Assembly: GCA_963977015.1 (NCBI GenBank)
Contig: CAXBMO010000019.1
Location: 50,083-114,082, forward strand
Reading direction: 5' to 3'
Source: an uncultured bacterium
GTDB lineage: Bacteria > Verrucomicrobiota > Verrucomicrobiia > Verrucomicrobiales > DEV007
Length of the DNA stretch: 64,000 bases
Numbering within the stretch: position 1 is the first letter of the stretch; each line of letters starts with the position of its first letter. The notes beneath the pieces are model-generated. The model had not been told where the DNA came from and searched no databases. It saw only the letters and a list, made by a program, of their open reading frames with translations. The translations under genes were made by a program, and so were the position numbers. This document shows positions 1 through 9,798 of this stretch, in pieces.

Positions 1-492
1 AAGTTTGAACTCTACGATGGCGGCATTCGTTGTCCCATGATCGCGCGTTGGCCCGGCAAGATCGCCGAAGGAACCGAAACGGATCACCTTTCCGCCCACT
101 GGGACGTCCTTCCCACCGTTGCCGAGCTCGCCGCCACCGCAACGCCGGACAAGATCGATGGCATCAGCTTTCTCCCCACTTTGCTCGGTAAAGAGCAGGC
201 CCGGCAACACGACTACCTCTACTGGGAAACCAACGGGCGATCCGGCTGGCAAGCCCTCCGCAAAGGCAACTGGAAAGCGCACCTGCAATGGGTCGGCGCC
301 CCGGACAAAACCACCTTCGAACTCTACAACCTCACCAACGACCTCGCCGAAGAAAAGGACATCTCCGCCGCCCACCCTGAAGTCTCCGAGGAATTGAAGC
401 AACTCATGGCCGCCGCTCGTACCGTCCCCCAGGGCAATGCCGAAATCCTCGGATCTTCGCCCAAAAAGAAGAAGCCGAAAGCCGGCAAGTGA
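1..492 (+). CDS. Sulfatase/arylsulfatase, C-terminal part (5' truncated by window edge)
   Basis: Frame is open from base 1 (KFELYDGGIRCPMIARWPG). Typical sulfatase C-terminal motifs: DVLPTVAELA, IDGISFLPTL, YLYWE, ELYNL. Confidence 0.9.
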   Translation, partial: KFELYDGGIRCPMIARWPGKIAEGTETDHLSAHWDVLPTVAELAATATPDKIDGISFLPTLLGKEQARQHDYLYWETNGRSGWQALRKGNWKAHLQWVGAPDKTTFELYNLTNDLAEEKDISAAHPEVSEELKQLMAAARTVPQGNAEILGSSPKKKKPKAGK

Positions 493-592
493 CGCCAAAT
501 CAAGGAGGACCATCGACCGGCCATTTTGGCTCACCCACGTTTGGTCGATCCTCAATCACAGCAACGTTCGACAAAAACCCGAAGGCAGAAAA

Positions 593-1123
593 ATGAATCA
601 GAATCCACAGATATTATCGCTTGTTATAGCTCTTGGACTTATTGGATGCGCAGATGATTCCCCGGAGGGGGCGAGCGACCCGAAGTCCGGGCCTCCCGTG
701 GAAACGGTGACCCTGCAGTGCCGCCAGGGGGCGCTCACATCGTCATACTCCTTTGAGATGGGCAAGGCGACGTCCGGCCTGACCGATATCAACTTCTACT
801 TCGATGGGGACGACTGTTCTGAGGGCGCATTGTTCGGCCGCAATGATACCACGGGCTACATATTTCCGGTCGGTCAAGGAACGTGGGACGAGCTCTCGTT
901 GGACGATCTACCGCAGGAGAGTTCCGAATCGGTCATCGGCTTTCGACCCATGGCGAAGGACAAGGAAGGGCTTGCGTTCTGGGTGAAGACGAAGAGCGCC
1001 AGATTTGCGTTGGTTAGGATCAAGAGTGTGCAACCAGCTGCCTTCCCTGATTTCGAATCGGGCAAAACGGCGCAAGTGGTCTTGGAATGGGCATGGGGAC
1101 GTCCTGACAAAGGAACCGAATAG
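593..1123 (+). CDS. Hypothetical lipoprotein
   Basis: ATG at 593 gives a hydrophobic signal ending in lipobox LIGC. No recognised domain. Confidence 0.65.
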   Translation: MNQNPQILSLVIALGLIGCADDSPEGASDPKSGPPVETVTLQCRQGALTSSYSFEMGKATSGLTDINFYFDGDDCSEGALFGRNDTTGYIFPVGQGTWDELSLDDLPQESSESVIGFRPMAKDKEGLAFWVKTKSARFALVRIKSVQPAAFPDFESGKTAQVVLEWAWGRPDKGTE

Positions 1124-1214
1124 AATACGCGGAGGCGAATCCCAAAGACAGCTTGGAGCGATCGATTGTGGAACGGACTCGTGCCTTCCCTTGCGGTTTC
1201 CTTTTTGGCGCTGG

Positions 1215-1820
1215 TTAGGAGGCGGATGCCAACCAATCCTTCAGCTTCGCCAAGGCCCGTCCCCGGTGGCTCATGCTGTTCTTAATCTCCGACGAGAGTT
1301 GGCCGAAGGTTTCGCAGTGGCCTTCGGGAATGAAGAGCGGGTCGTAACCAAAGCAGCCTTCGCCTTTTTCCTGATTCGCGAGGATGCCCTCGACGGCACC
1401 ATCGAAGGTGGCGAGAACCTGATTCTGGCTGGCGAGGGTGAGGACGCAACGAAAGCGGCCACTGCGCGCTTTTCCTTTGGCCCCGGTTTTGTCGAGTTCG
1501 ACGAGGAGCTTTTTGCGGTTGGATTCGTTGGTCGCGTTTTCGCCGGAGTAGCGGGCGGAGTAGACGCCGGGCGCACCGTCCAGGGCATCGACTTCAAGCC
1601 CAGAGTCGTCGGCGATGACGGTTGCTTCGGGCATGGCCTGGCTGGCGGCGAGGGCTTTGATGGCGGAATTTTCGTGGAAGGTGGTTCCGGTTTCCTCCGC
1701 GGGCTCAAGCTCGGGGAAGGCGGTCAGGTCCACGATTTCGTCGTAGAAGTCCGCAAGGATCTCGCGGAATTCCTCCGTTTTGTGGGTGTTGTGCGTGGCA
1801 ACAATGAGCGTTTTGGACAT
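1215..1820 (-). CDS. rdgB: RdgB/HAM1 non-canonical purine NTP (dITP/XTP) pyrophosphatase
   Basis: Motifs ATHNTHK, ADDSGLEVDALDGAPGVYSARY, FGYDPLF and KNSMSHRGRAL. Confidence 0.97.
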   Translation of the reverse strand: MSKTLIVATHNTHKTEEFREILADFYDEIVDLTAFPELEPAEETGTTFHENSAIKALAASQAMPEATVIADDSGLEVDALDGAPGVYSARYSGENATNESNRKKLLVELDKTGAKGKARSGRFRCVLTLASQNQVLATFDGAVEGILANQEKGEGCFGYDPLFIPEGHCETFGQLSSEIKNSMSHRGRALAKLKDWLASAS

Positions 1821-1847
1821 CGGCAGACCATGCTACATTCCTCCGAA

Positions 1848-4292
1848 ATGTCACACGGTCATCCCTTCGAACTCCTCTCTCCTGCCGGTAACTGGGATTG
1901 TGCCCGCGCGGCGGTGGCCAATGGCGCGGATGCGATCTATTTCGGGTTGCCGGCGTTCAATGCGCGGATTCGGGCGGACAACTTTACGGAGACGGATCTT
2001 CCGGAGCTGATGACGTTTCTGCACGAACGCGGCGTTCGCGGGTTTGTTGCGTTCAATACCCTCATTTTTACGGGCGAGTTGGAGGCGGCGGAGCGTCAAT
2101 TGCGATTGATCCACGAGGCGGGCGTCGATGCGATCATTGTCCAGGATATCGGGTTGGCGAAGATGGCTCGGGCGATTTGTCCGGGCTTGGAGCTTCACGC
2201 CTCGACCCAGATGACAATCACGTCGCCGGAGGCGTTGGAGTTTGTGAACGCGGCGTTCGAGTTGGATTGCGCGGTGATCGCGCGGGAGAATTCGCTGCGC
2301 GAGATGAAGTTGTTTCGCGCGGATGAAGCCGGGGCGGTGAAGCTGGAGACGTTCGTGCACGGGGCGCTGTGTGTGGCCTATTCCGGTCAATGCCTGACGA
2401 GCGAATCGCTCGGTCAACGCAGCGCCAATCGTGGCGAATGCGCCCAGGCGTGCCGGATGCCGTATGACCTGATCGTCGATGGCGAGCAACGCGATCTGGG
2501 CGACAAGCGGTATTTGCTTTCGCCCCAGGATCTGGCGGGGATCGATGAGATTCCAGCTTTGATTGAGGCGGGGATCTCCAGTTTCAAAATCGAGGGGCGT
2601 CTCAAGACTCCCGAATACGTGGCGGCGGTGACCCGCGTGTATCGGAAGGCGATTGATGCCGCCTTGAATGGGGAAGGGGAGCGGGCCAGTGAAGCTGATC
2701 GCTATGAATTGGAGATGGCGTTTTCGCGCGGGCTTCACAGCGGCTGGCTCAACGGGATCGACAACAAGAAGCTGGTTCATGCCCGGTTCGGGAAGAAGCG
2801 GGGCGCCTTTGTCGGGACGATTTCGCAGGTGGGGCCGGATTGGGTCGAAGTGGAGCCTCAGGTTCCGGTGAAGAACGGCGATGGCGTGGTGTTTGATACC
2901 GGAGGCAACACGGACAAGGAGCAGGGTGGCCGAATTTATGGCGTCCATGGCAAGCGGCTCAGTTTCCAGCGGGAGAAGATTCGGTTTCAGGATCTGAAAG
3001 AGGGTGACCGGATTTGGAAAACGGATGATCCGGCCCTGAACGCGGAACTGCAGAAGTCGTGGAACGAATCGCGGCTCAAGCCTCAAAAGCAGATGTTGAC
3101 CTGGGCGGTGGCTGGGCGGGCCGGGGATCCCTTGATCCTCACCGACTCAGGAACGGGAGCGAAGGTTGCTTCCTCGATTCCGCTGCAGGTCGCGGAACAA
3201 CGGCCGCTGGCGGCCGAGTTTCTCCAGAAGCAGTTTGGCCGGCTCGGCAACACGGCTTACCAATTGGAGTCGCTGGATGTCGATCTGGAAGGCGAGGTGA
3301 TGCTCCCGGTGAGCGAGCTGAACCGGATGCGGCGGGCGATGGTCGAGAAACTGGAGCAGGAGCCTGACGCGGCCAAACCGGCTCGTGTTTCGACGAACGT
3401 TTCCGTTGCGGAGTTGCTTCCCAAGCTTCCTGAGAACGACCGGGGTGCCGAACCGGTTCTTTATGTGTTGTGCCGCAATCAGGAGCAGGTTGATGCGGCG
3501 CTTTCCGCCAAGGTGGAACGCATCTACGCCGACTTCGAGGATGTTCGGCGTTATCGCGACGTCGTGCGATCGGTTCGCGAGAGCGGTGTGAACTCGCGCA
3601 TTTATCTGGCGACACCGCGCATCCAAAAAGCGGGCGAATCCGGCTTGTTCCGAGTCGTTGAAAAAGCGAAGCCGGACGGCGTTCTGGTTCGCAACCTGGG
3701 CGGAGTGCAGCACTTTCGCGAGCACGGCGAACTCGAGATGATCGGTGATTTTTCGCTCAACGTGGCCAACCCGATCAGCGCGGAATTTTTCCGGGGCCAG
3801 GGCTGTCGGAACCTGACGATTTCCTACGATCTCAACATTGGCCAGGTGCTTGATCTCCTGGCGAAAGCGCCACCGGCCTGGTTCGAGATCACGCTGCATC
3901 AACACATGCCGATGTTTCACATGGAGCACTGCGTGTTTTGCTCGTTCATCTCCGAAGGGACGGACGTCACCAATTGCGGGCGTCCCTGCGATACCCACGA
4001 AGTCGAGTTACGCGATCGCGTTGGTCAGCGCCATATTCTGAGCGCGGACGTGGGTTGCCGCAATACGCTCTACAATGGCCGGGCGCAAAGCGGCGCCCGA
4101 TTCTTTGGGAACCTGCTCGATTCCGGGTTGAGACAGTATCGCGTGGAGTTGCTCAAGGAGAATCGCGAGGAGGCGGCCGCGACGATCACGGCCTATCAGG
4201 ATCTCCTGAGAGGGAGTGAGGGCGGGACCCAACTCTGGGAACGCCTCCAAGTGGAGTCGAAGCTGGGAGTGGTCGAGGGAACGTTGGCCTGA
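1848..4292 (+). CDS. U32-family Fe-S protein with DUF3656, RlhA-like (23S rRNA hydroxylation)
   Basis: Motifs ELLSPAG, GADAIYFG, HGALCVAYSGQC, NRGECAQACR and FKIEGRLK, followed by a long C-terminal region with a second degenerate U32 module. Start trimmed to 1848 (1830 is possible) because the upstream frame is antisense to rdgB. Confidence 0.88.
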   Translation: MSHGHPFELLSPAGNWDCARAAVANGADAIYFGLPAFNARIRADNFTETDLPELMTFLHERGVRGFVAFNTLIFTGELEAAERQLRLIHEAGVDAIIVQDIGLAKMARAICPGLELHASTQMTITSPEALEFVNAAFELDCAVIARENSLREMKLFRADEAGAVKLETFVHGALCVAYSGQCLTSESLGQRSANRGECAQACRMPYDLIVDGEQRDLGDKRYLLSPQDLAGIDEIPALIEAGISSFKIEGRLKTPEYVAAVTRVYRKAIDAALNGEGERASEADRYELEMAFSRGLHSGWLNGIDNKKLVHARFGKKRGAFVGTISQVGPDWVEVEPQVPVKNGDGVVFDTGGNTDKEQGGRIYGVHGKRLSFQREKIRFQDLKEGDRIWKTDDPALNAELQKSWNESRLKPQKQMLTWAVAGRAGDPLILTDSGTGAKVASSIPLQVAEQRPLAAEFLQKQFGRLGNTAYQLESLDVDLEGEVMLPVSELNRMRRAMVEKLEQEPDAAKPARVSTNVSVAELLPKLPENDRGAEPVLYVLCRNQEQVDAALSAKVERIYADFEDVRRYRDVVRSVRESGVNSRIYLATPRIQKAGESGLFRVVEKAKPDGVLVRNLGGVQHFREHGELEMIGDFSLNVANPISAEFFRGQGCRNLTISYDLNIGQVLDLLAKAPPAWFEITLHQHMPMFHMEHCVFCSFISEGTDVTNCGRPCDTHEVELRDRVGQRHILSADVGCRNTLYNGRAQSGARFFGNLLDSGLRQYRVELLKENREEAAATITAYQDLLRGSEGGTQLWERLQVESKLGVVEGTLA

Positions 4293-4303
4293 GCTGGTTG
4301 CGG

Positions 4304-4840
4304 TTAGGCGGCGCCACCGCGTTTCTTCTTTTTCGGAGCGTCCGTCACCCTTGCCTCCAGCAGTCCGCGATGAGCCTCGCCACCGATTTGATCCAGCACC
4401 CGCTGGTAGATTTTGCCCATTTGCTCGGCTTCTTCTTCCGTGAGGTATTGAACGAAATTTTGTTCGATCAAGGGGCGGTAGGTTTTCCAGGCTTGATTGA
4501 GGGCCCGGCGGCCGGCTGCGCTCAGGCTGACCTGGAAGACTCTTCCATCGCTGCGGCTCTGCTTGCGCAATAGCAGGCCGCGTTCGGCCAGGCGGGCGGC
4601 GCGGCGGGACATTCCGCTTTTGCTGAGAAGCACCGCATCCGCCAGTTCCCCCATGGTCATGGTCTCATTCGTGGCCTCGTTGACGGTGAGAAGCACGTCG
4701 TAATCGCCGAAGGAGATGCAGCCCTCGGCCTGTAATCCTTCGTCAATCTTTTGGCAGGTCAAAGCATGGACGGTGAGGAACAGTCGCCATGCCACTTGCT
4801 GCGGCAGTTTGTCCGGAAAATTGGATGCTGGAGGATTCAT
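4304..4840 (-). CDS. MarR-family transcriptional regulator
   Basis: Winged-helix pattern DYDVLLTV...MGELADAVLLSKSGMSRRAARLAERGLL...DGR...LSAAG. Confidence 0.92.
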   Translation of the reverse strand: MNPPASNFPDKLPQQVAWRLFLTVHALTCQKIDEGLQAEGCISFGDYDVLLTVNEATNETMTMGELADAVLLSKSGMSRRAARLAERGLLLRKQSRSDGRVFQVSLSAAGRRALNQAWKTYRPLIEQNFVQYLTEEEAEQMGKIYQRVLDQIGGEAHRGLLEARVTDAPKKKKRGGAA

Positions 4841-4890
4841 GAAGATGGGACAAGAACCCCGATCGGGGCTGTCTGCAAGTGCTGAGCAAA

Positions 4891-4908
4891 TAGTTGCACA
4901 TGCAAATA
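4891..4908. promoter_or_regulatory. Palindromic operator, probable MarR binding site
   Basis: TAGTTGCACATGCAAATA contains the dyad TTGCA-CA-TGCAA and lies in the divergent intergenic region between marR and the operon. Confidence 0.6.
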
Positions 4909-4918
4909 AATGTCTGGG

Positions 4919-4934
4919 TTGGCATTGAAGATGC
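4919..4934 (+). promoter_or_regulatory. Putative sigma54 (-24/-12) promoter of the ABC-Rieske-glnT operon
   Basis: TTGGCATTGAAGATGC has GG-N10-GC spacing with TGGCA and TGC cores, about 90 nt upstream of the permease. Confidence 0.65.
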
Positions 4935-5023
4935 TCGATGGTTGAGGCGACTAGCAAGTCTTTTCCAATGTCCACGCCTTTTGCCAACTCTTCACCACTC
5001 ACGCGTCATCGTGTGATTCTGTA

Positions 5024-5797
5024 ATGATTGATTTCGGAAGTTCCATCAACAGCGGATCTCGTCTCGGGTTAGGCGTAGCTGCGTGGGTCTGCTTTCTGGG
5101 AGGTTGGTACCTCCTGGCCACGTCCGGTTTGGCCAATGCCGCTCTCCTTCCGGATCCGCTTCAAGTGGGACGAGCGTGGTGCGAACTCTTTGCGGAGCGG
5201 GGGTTCCTTCATGACGTTGCACAGAGTGTAAAGCGGATCTTCCTGAGTTTTGGAATCGCGCTGTTGATCGCTCTTCCCCTTGGAATGTTGATGGGGGCGT
5301 TTGTCCCGGTGGAAGCATTCTTGAATGCTCTCGTTTCTCCTTTTCGATATCTTCCGGCTCCGTCTTTTGTTCCGCTTCTACTGATGTGGTTGGGAACAGG
5401 GGATGGTCAAAAAGTGGCACTTCTGGTGATTGGGGTGGTCTTTTTTTTGACAACGATGTTCATGGATAACACCCGGGCGGTGCGTCCGGAACTGATTGAT
5501 TGTTCGCGAACGCTTGGTGCGAATCGATTGCGTGTTCTTACCCATGTAATACTTCCAGCCGCCCTACCCAGCTATGTAGATACGGCCAGGCAAATGCTGG
5601 CGGTGAGCTGGACCTATCTGGTGATCGCGGAAATCGTCGCCGCCAGCAACGGGATCGGAGCGATGATGATGCGGGCCAAACGCTTTGTTCAGGTAGACGA
5701 CATCATGGCGGGCATCCTGACCATTGGAATTCTTGGGCTGCTGACCGATGCCGCGATTCGCTATCTCCATCGCCTGTTCTTTCGCTATCTCCACTAA
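5024..5797 (+). CDS. ABC transporter permease (NitT/TauT/SsuC type)
   Basis: Multi-TM protein with LLPDP, RYLPAPSFVPLL, an EAA-like loop (ELIDCSRTLGA), LPAALP and W.YLVIAE. Confidence 0.92.
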   Translation: MIDFGSSINSGSRLGLGVAAWVCFLGGWYLLATSGLANAALLPDPLQVGRAWCELFAERGFLHDVAQSVKRIFLSFGIALLIALPLGMLMGAFVPVEAFLNALVSPFRYLPAPSFVPLLLMWLGTGDGQKVALLVIGVVFFLTTMFMDNTRAVRPELIDCSRTLGANRLRVLTHVILPAALPSYVDTARQMLAVSWTYLVIAEIVAASNGIGAMMMRAKRFVQVDDIMAGILTIGILGLLTDAAIRYLHRLFFRYLH

Positions 5798-5824
5798 CTA
5801 AACATCAATACCACCACCAAACCT

Positions 5825-6901
5825 ATGACTACAATACATCGAAACCTGAGCGTCATTGCCGGCTGCTGCCTGCTCTTCTCTGGTTGCAGCAAACCTGAGG
5901 GCGGGGAGGCGGCTTCCACGGAAGCCTCCGTGACGCCGCAAACCGTGAAAATCTCTCTCTTCTCCTGGCCGGGATACGCCTTCTGGTTCGTTGCGAAAGA
6001 GAAGAACCTCGTTCCGGAGTTGGATCTGGATCTTGTGATTATTGAGGATCCCTACGAGAGCTTTGCCCAGATGGCGGCCGGCCAGTTGGACGTGACCTCT
6101 TCCACCGTGGAATACGGCCCGATCGCAGCTGATCAGGATGTGCCCGTAAAGTTGGTGACCTACACCAACCCTTCTTATGGAACGGATAAGATCATCCTCG
6201 GCCCGGGAGTGACCAGTGCGGCAGATCTCAAGGGAAAGGAAGTTGCCGTTCTCGAAGGAGGCCTGACCCAGATCTATATGGGAATCTGGCTCGAGGAAAA
6301 TGGCGTCAAATTTGACGAGGTAAAGTATAGCAACCTGATCATGGACGATGCGGTTGCAGCCATGGTCAGTGGCAAAGTGGCCGCTGGTGAGTTCTGGGAG
6401 CCTTTCGGCAGTAATGTATTATCCAGTCTTCCCGGTTGCACGGTCGCGGCGACCTCAAAAGATCCGTATTATAAGAAAACCGCGCTCCTCGGAGACGGGA
6501 TGTACATGAGTGGCTCTTTTTTGTCCGAGAAGCCGGAGCTCGCAAAGTTGACCTTGAAGGCTTACTTCAAAGCGGTTGAATTCTGGGAGGCCAACCCGGC
6601 CGAGGCCAATGCGATCATGGCAAAAGGCCTGAACTTTCCGTTGGAAGACGTCGAAACCGTGATTGGAGCCTCCGGGGAGTCGAGCGACGGCGGAGTCTAC
6701 GCATTCAACTATGAAGAAGCCGGCCAGTTCATGGGTGTCCTGGAAGGGGTGCCTCCCTTTGGCGGGAATGGCGAGATCAAGAATCATTGGAAGCTCACCA
6801 ACGACTGGTGGGTGAAGTTCGGAGCGGTCGGGAAAGACTATCCGATGGAATCCGGCGTCGATCTGGCACCCTTCACGGCGCTTGCTGAAGAAGGCCTCTA
6901 A
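5825..6901 (+). CDS. ABC transporter substrate-binding lipoprotein (SsuA/NMT1-like)
   Basis: Lipobox (FSGC) and motifs SWPGY, DLKGKEVA and WEPF. Confidence 0.9.
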   Translation: MTTIHRNLSVIAGCCLLFSGCSKPEGGEAASTEASVTPQTVKISLFSWPGYAFWFVAKEKNLVPELDLDLVIIEDPYESFAQMAAGQLDVTSSTVEYGPIAADQDVPVKLVTYTNPSYGTDKIILGPGVTSAADLKGKEVAVLEGGLTQIYMGIWLEENGVKFDEVKYSNLIMDDAVAAMVSGKVAAGEFWEPFGSNVLSSLPGCTVAATSKDPYYKKTALLGDGMYMSGSFLSEKPELAKLTLKAYFKAVEFWEANPAEANAIMAKGLNFPLEDVETVIGASGESSDGGVYAFNYEEAGQFMGVLEGVPPFGGNGEIKNHWKLTNDWWVKFGAVGKDYPMESGVDLAPFTALAEEGL

Positions 6902-6947
6902 GGAAGACCCGCTCACCCCTTTTATAGTGCTTGTTTCATCCTTGCCC

Positions 6948-7679
6948 ATGCCCAAGCCCGCGGGCCCTGGCTGTCTCCGGTTTCCGGAGATGGTCAGGGT
7001 TCCGCAAGGGGAAGGCATCATGGGCGCCGTTACGGAAGACAAGTTTGCAACCTCGGTGGAGCTTCCGCCGACACGAACCCATTTTTCGCGGGAGTTTGCG
7101 CTCAGCCGAACGCCGGTGACCCAGGCGCAATGGAGCGAGGTGATGGGGGAGCTTCCGCGGGAGTGTCCTACTGGGGTTGATGCGACCTGCCCGGTTGTGG
7201 GAGTGTCCTTTGCCGATGTCATGATCTATCTGGAGAAACTTTCCCAGTTGCGTGGGGAGACCTACCGTCTTCCGAGCGAGGCTGAGTGGGAGTATGCCTG
7301 CCGCGCGGGTTCGGTCTCCATTTTTCCCTTTGGATCCAACATCAGCCTGGGTGATGCCAATTATCTGTATGATGAGCGGGGGACGGCCATCGGCTGCGGC
7401 GCCCTCACTCCAGTGATGACGTATCCCGCGAACGCGTTTGGGTTCTGCGACCTGTTGGGAAACGTCTGTGAGTGGACCGCCGATCTGTGGCATCCGAGTC
7501 ACGACGGCGCTTCTCCCAACGGCGCGGCGCGGACCGGCGGAGCGAAAACGAATTGCCGGACCATCCGCGGCGGTGCGTGGGATCATCTTCCCCGGGTTCT
7601 GCGCGCTTCCTGGCGCGATTGGGCTCCGGAAGAGGCCCGCTGGGACAATCTGGGCTTTCGCGTAGCCCATAACCTTTGA
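6948..7679 (+). CDS. Formylglycine-generating-enzyme (FGE/SUMF1)-fold protein
   Basis: Motifs PVTQAQW, YRLPSEAEWEYACRAG, NAFG..DLLGNV.EW, RGGAW and GFRV. Start is uncertain. Confidence 0.88.
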   Translation: MPKPAGPGCLRFPEMVRVPQGEGIMGAVTEDKFATSVELPPTRTHFSREFALSRTPVTQAQWSEVMGELPRECPTGVDATCPVVGVSFADVMIYLEKLSQLRGETYRLPSEAEWEYACRAGSVSIFPFGSNISLGDANYLYDERGTAIGCGALTPVMTYPANAFGFCDLLGNVCEWTADLWHPSHDGASPNGAARTGGAKTNCRTIRGGAWDHLPRVLRASWRDWAPEEARWDNLGFRVAHNL

Positions 7680-7686
7680 AGAACCA

Positions 7687-8559
7687 ATGAAACTCTCTCT
7701 TTTTAAAACACTCTGGGGACATGAGTCCTCGCTTTCGGATGCGATCCAATGCTGCCACGATGCCGGCTTTCAAGGCATTGAAAGTCCCGCCCCGCGCGAT
7801 GGGTCCGAGCGGAAGGCCTTCTTTGAGGCGCTGGAGGCTGCCGACCTGAAATGGATTGCGGAAGTCAGCACCTGCACCCTGGACGGGACCTACGTTCCGC
7901 AGCCTGGTCGCAGCGTTACCGATCACCTGGATTCGCTTCGCGAGGGGGTGGAGCGGAGCCTCACTGGAACCCCACTTTTTATCAATACCATGGCTGGGTA
8001 CGATGCGTGGAGCATTGCCGATGCCATTGCGTTTTATCAGGGGGTTGTGAAGCTGGAGGAGGAACTGGGAATCCCGATCTCTGCGGAGACGCATCGAGGT
8101 CGGTCCACTTACAGCCCGTGGATTACGCGGGACATTTTATTGGAGACACCGGACTTGCGACTCACCTGTGATTTCAGTCACTGGTGCGTGGTGAGCGAGC
8201 GCCTGATTCTCGACGAAGAACCAGAGATTCTCCAGCTTGCCGCGAAGCACGCGTATCACATTCAGCCGCGGATTGGGTATGGCCAGGGGCCCCAGGTTCC
8301 CGACCCCCGTGCTCCGGAATATCAGGAAGCGCTCCAGGCTCACGAACGTTGGTGGACGGTGCTTTGGGAGGCGATGGCGGCTCGCGGGAGGCGGGAAATG
8401 ACCATGACGCCTGAGTTTGGGCCGGATGGTTACCTTCAATGTGCACCGTTCACCAGGGTGCCTGTCGCCGACCTTTGGGACATCAACACCTGGGTCGGGC
8501 ATCGCCAGTTGGAACGCTTTCAGAACCACTTTCAAAATCAAACCATCGTATCCTCATGA
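7687..8559 (+). CDS. Sugar phosphate isomerase/epimerase-like TIM-barrel metalloprotein
   Basis: Motifs GFQGIE, ETHRGR, DFSHW and TPEFGP, typical of the xylose-isomerase-like/AP-endonuclease-2 family. Confidence 0.8.
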   Translation: MKLSLFKTLWGHESSLSDAIQCCHDAGFQGIESPAPRDGSERKAFFEALEAADLKWIAEVSTCTLDGTYVPQPGRSVTDHLDSLREGVERSLTGTPLFINTMAGYDAWSIADAIAFYQGVVKLEEELGIPISAETHRGRSTYSPWITRDILLETPDLRLTCDFSHWCVVSERLILDEEPEILQLAAKHAYHIQPRIGYGQGPQVPDPRAPEYQEALQAHERWWTVLWEAMAARGRREMTMTPEFGPDGYLQCAPFTRVPVADLWDINTWVGHRQLERFQNHFQNQTIVSS

Positions 8560-9791
8560 CAACACTAACCGAACCATTACCTCCCGTCCAATCCACCAAG
8601 GACGAGTCCCTTTTCGCGGCGATTCTCGCTTCGGCGGAGAAACCGCGCGAAAAATCAACCAGCCTTCCCTCTGCGGCTTACCACGATCCTGAGTTCCTCA
8701 AGTTCGAGGAAGCTGAGATATTCAGGAAAGAATGGATCTCACTCTGCCATGTTTCACAGGTGGCCAAGGCAGGCGATTTCGTTCGTGTCGATGTCGCCGG
8801 CGAACCGATGTTGGTCGTTCGCGGAAAAGACATGGAGATCAAGGTCCTGTCCCGCACCTGTCGTCACCGGGGCATGGAAATCATGCCTTCCGGGTTTGGG
8901 CATCCGAATGAAGGGAACCAACGCGTCATCCTTTGCCCTTATCATCTCTGGAGTTATGATCTCAACGGCAAATTGGTTGGAGCTCCGGAAATGCAGGAGG
9001 CCGCGGAGTTCGACCGCAGCGAGGTCTGTCTCCACCAATATAGAAGCGAGGTTTGGGAAGGGTTTGTCTTTGTGACACTCTCCGACGACATTCCTCCCGT
9101 CGCCGAAAAGTATGCTCAATTGAAGGACGACTTTGTCGGGAGATGGGACATGGGGGATGGAGAGTTGGTTTGGTCAGCTCATTGGGAATGCAATTTCAAC
9201 TGGAAGATTCTTCTGGAGAACTTCATGGAGGCCTACCATCACCTCGGTGCCCACATGAAGACGCTGGAGCCGTTCCTGCCGGCCAAGGGATGCTGGACGG
9301 AGCCTTACGATCCGGAATTCTCCTGCATGCATCTTCCGCTCAAGGACAGCATGATCGAGGAAATTCAAAAAACGAAAGACGCCGGCACTCCGTTTCCGGT
9401 CTTTCCGACCCTGGAACTGGATGACTACTGCAAGTGGTGGGTCTTCCTGGGGAACCCGAACTTCCTGCTCTTCTCCGCACCGGACCGGGTTTACTGGTAT
9501 CGCCTGCTTCCCACCGGGCCGGAGACCTGCACGCTCATGACCACCATGATTGTGCCGAAGGCGGCCTTGGAAATGCCGGACTACGAAGCCGTGCTCGAGA
9601 AGGAAATCGCCGCGGGAATCGAGTTTCACATGGAAGACATGGAAGTCTGCGCCGCCACCCAGCGCGGTGTCAAATCAACGGGCTTCACCCCGGGACGTCT
9701 CAGTCATTTGGAGCAACCCATCTGGCACTTTCAAAAATACCTGGCTGAGGTGATTCGGAAATCCTCAGTTGGTCAATCCCTTGCCCAGTAA
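8556..9791 (+). CDS. Rieske non-heme iron oxygenase alpha subunit (choline/carnitine monooxygenase-like)
   Basis: Rieske ligands CRH...CPYH, mononuclear Fe motif NWK...[13 protein letters not shown] and a C-terminal ED. ATGA overlap with the upstream gene. Confidence 0.92.
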   Translation: MTTLTEPLPPVQSTKDESLFAAILASAEKPREKSTSLPSAAYHDPEFLKFEEAEIFRKEWISLCHVSQVAKAGDFVRVDVAGEPMLVVRGKDMEIKVLSRTCRHRGMEIMPSGFGHPNEGNQRVILCPYHLWSYDLNGKLVGAPEMQEAAEFDRSEVCLHQYRSEVWEGFVFVTLSDDIPPVAEKYAQLKDDFVGRWDMGDGELVWSAHWECNFNWKILLENFMEAYHHLGAHMKTLEPFLPAKGCWTEPYDPEFSCMHLPLKDSMIEEIQKTKDAGTPFPVFPTLELDDYCKWWVFLGNPNFLLFSAPDRVYWYRLLPTGPETCTLMTTMIVPKAALEMPDYEAVLEKEIAAGIEFHMEDMEVCAATQRGVKSTGFTPGRLSHLEQPIWHFQKYLAEVIRKSSVGQSLAQ

Positions 9792-9798
9792 CATCAAG

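Noticed and set aside
1005-1847. N-terminal 281 aa of the 1095-aa ORF
   Set aside because: It is the antisense shadow of rdgB. U32 similarity begins only at ELLSPAG.
6948-7679. Diversity-generating retroelement target (FGE/CLec fold)
   Set aside because: No reverse transcriptase and no template-repeat copy of the 3' end were seen in the window.
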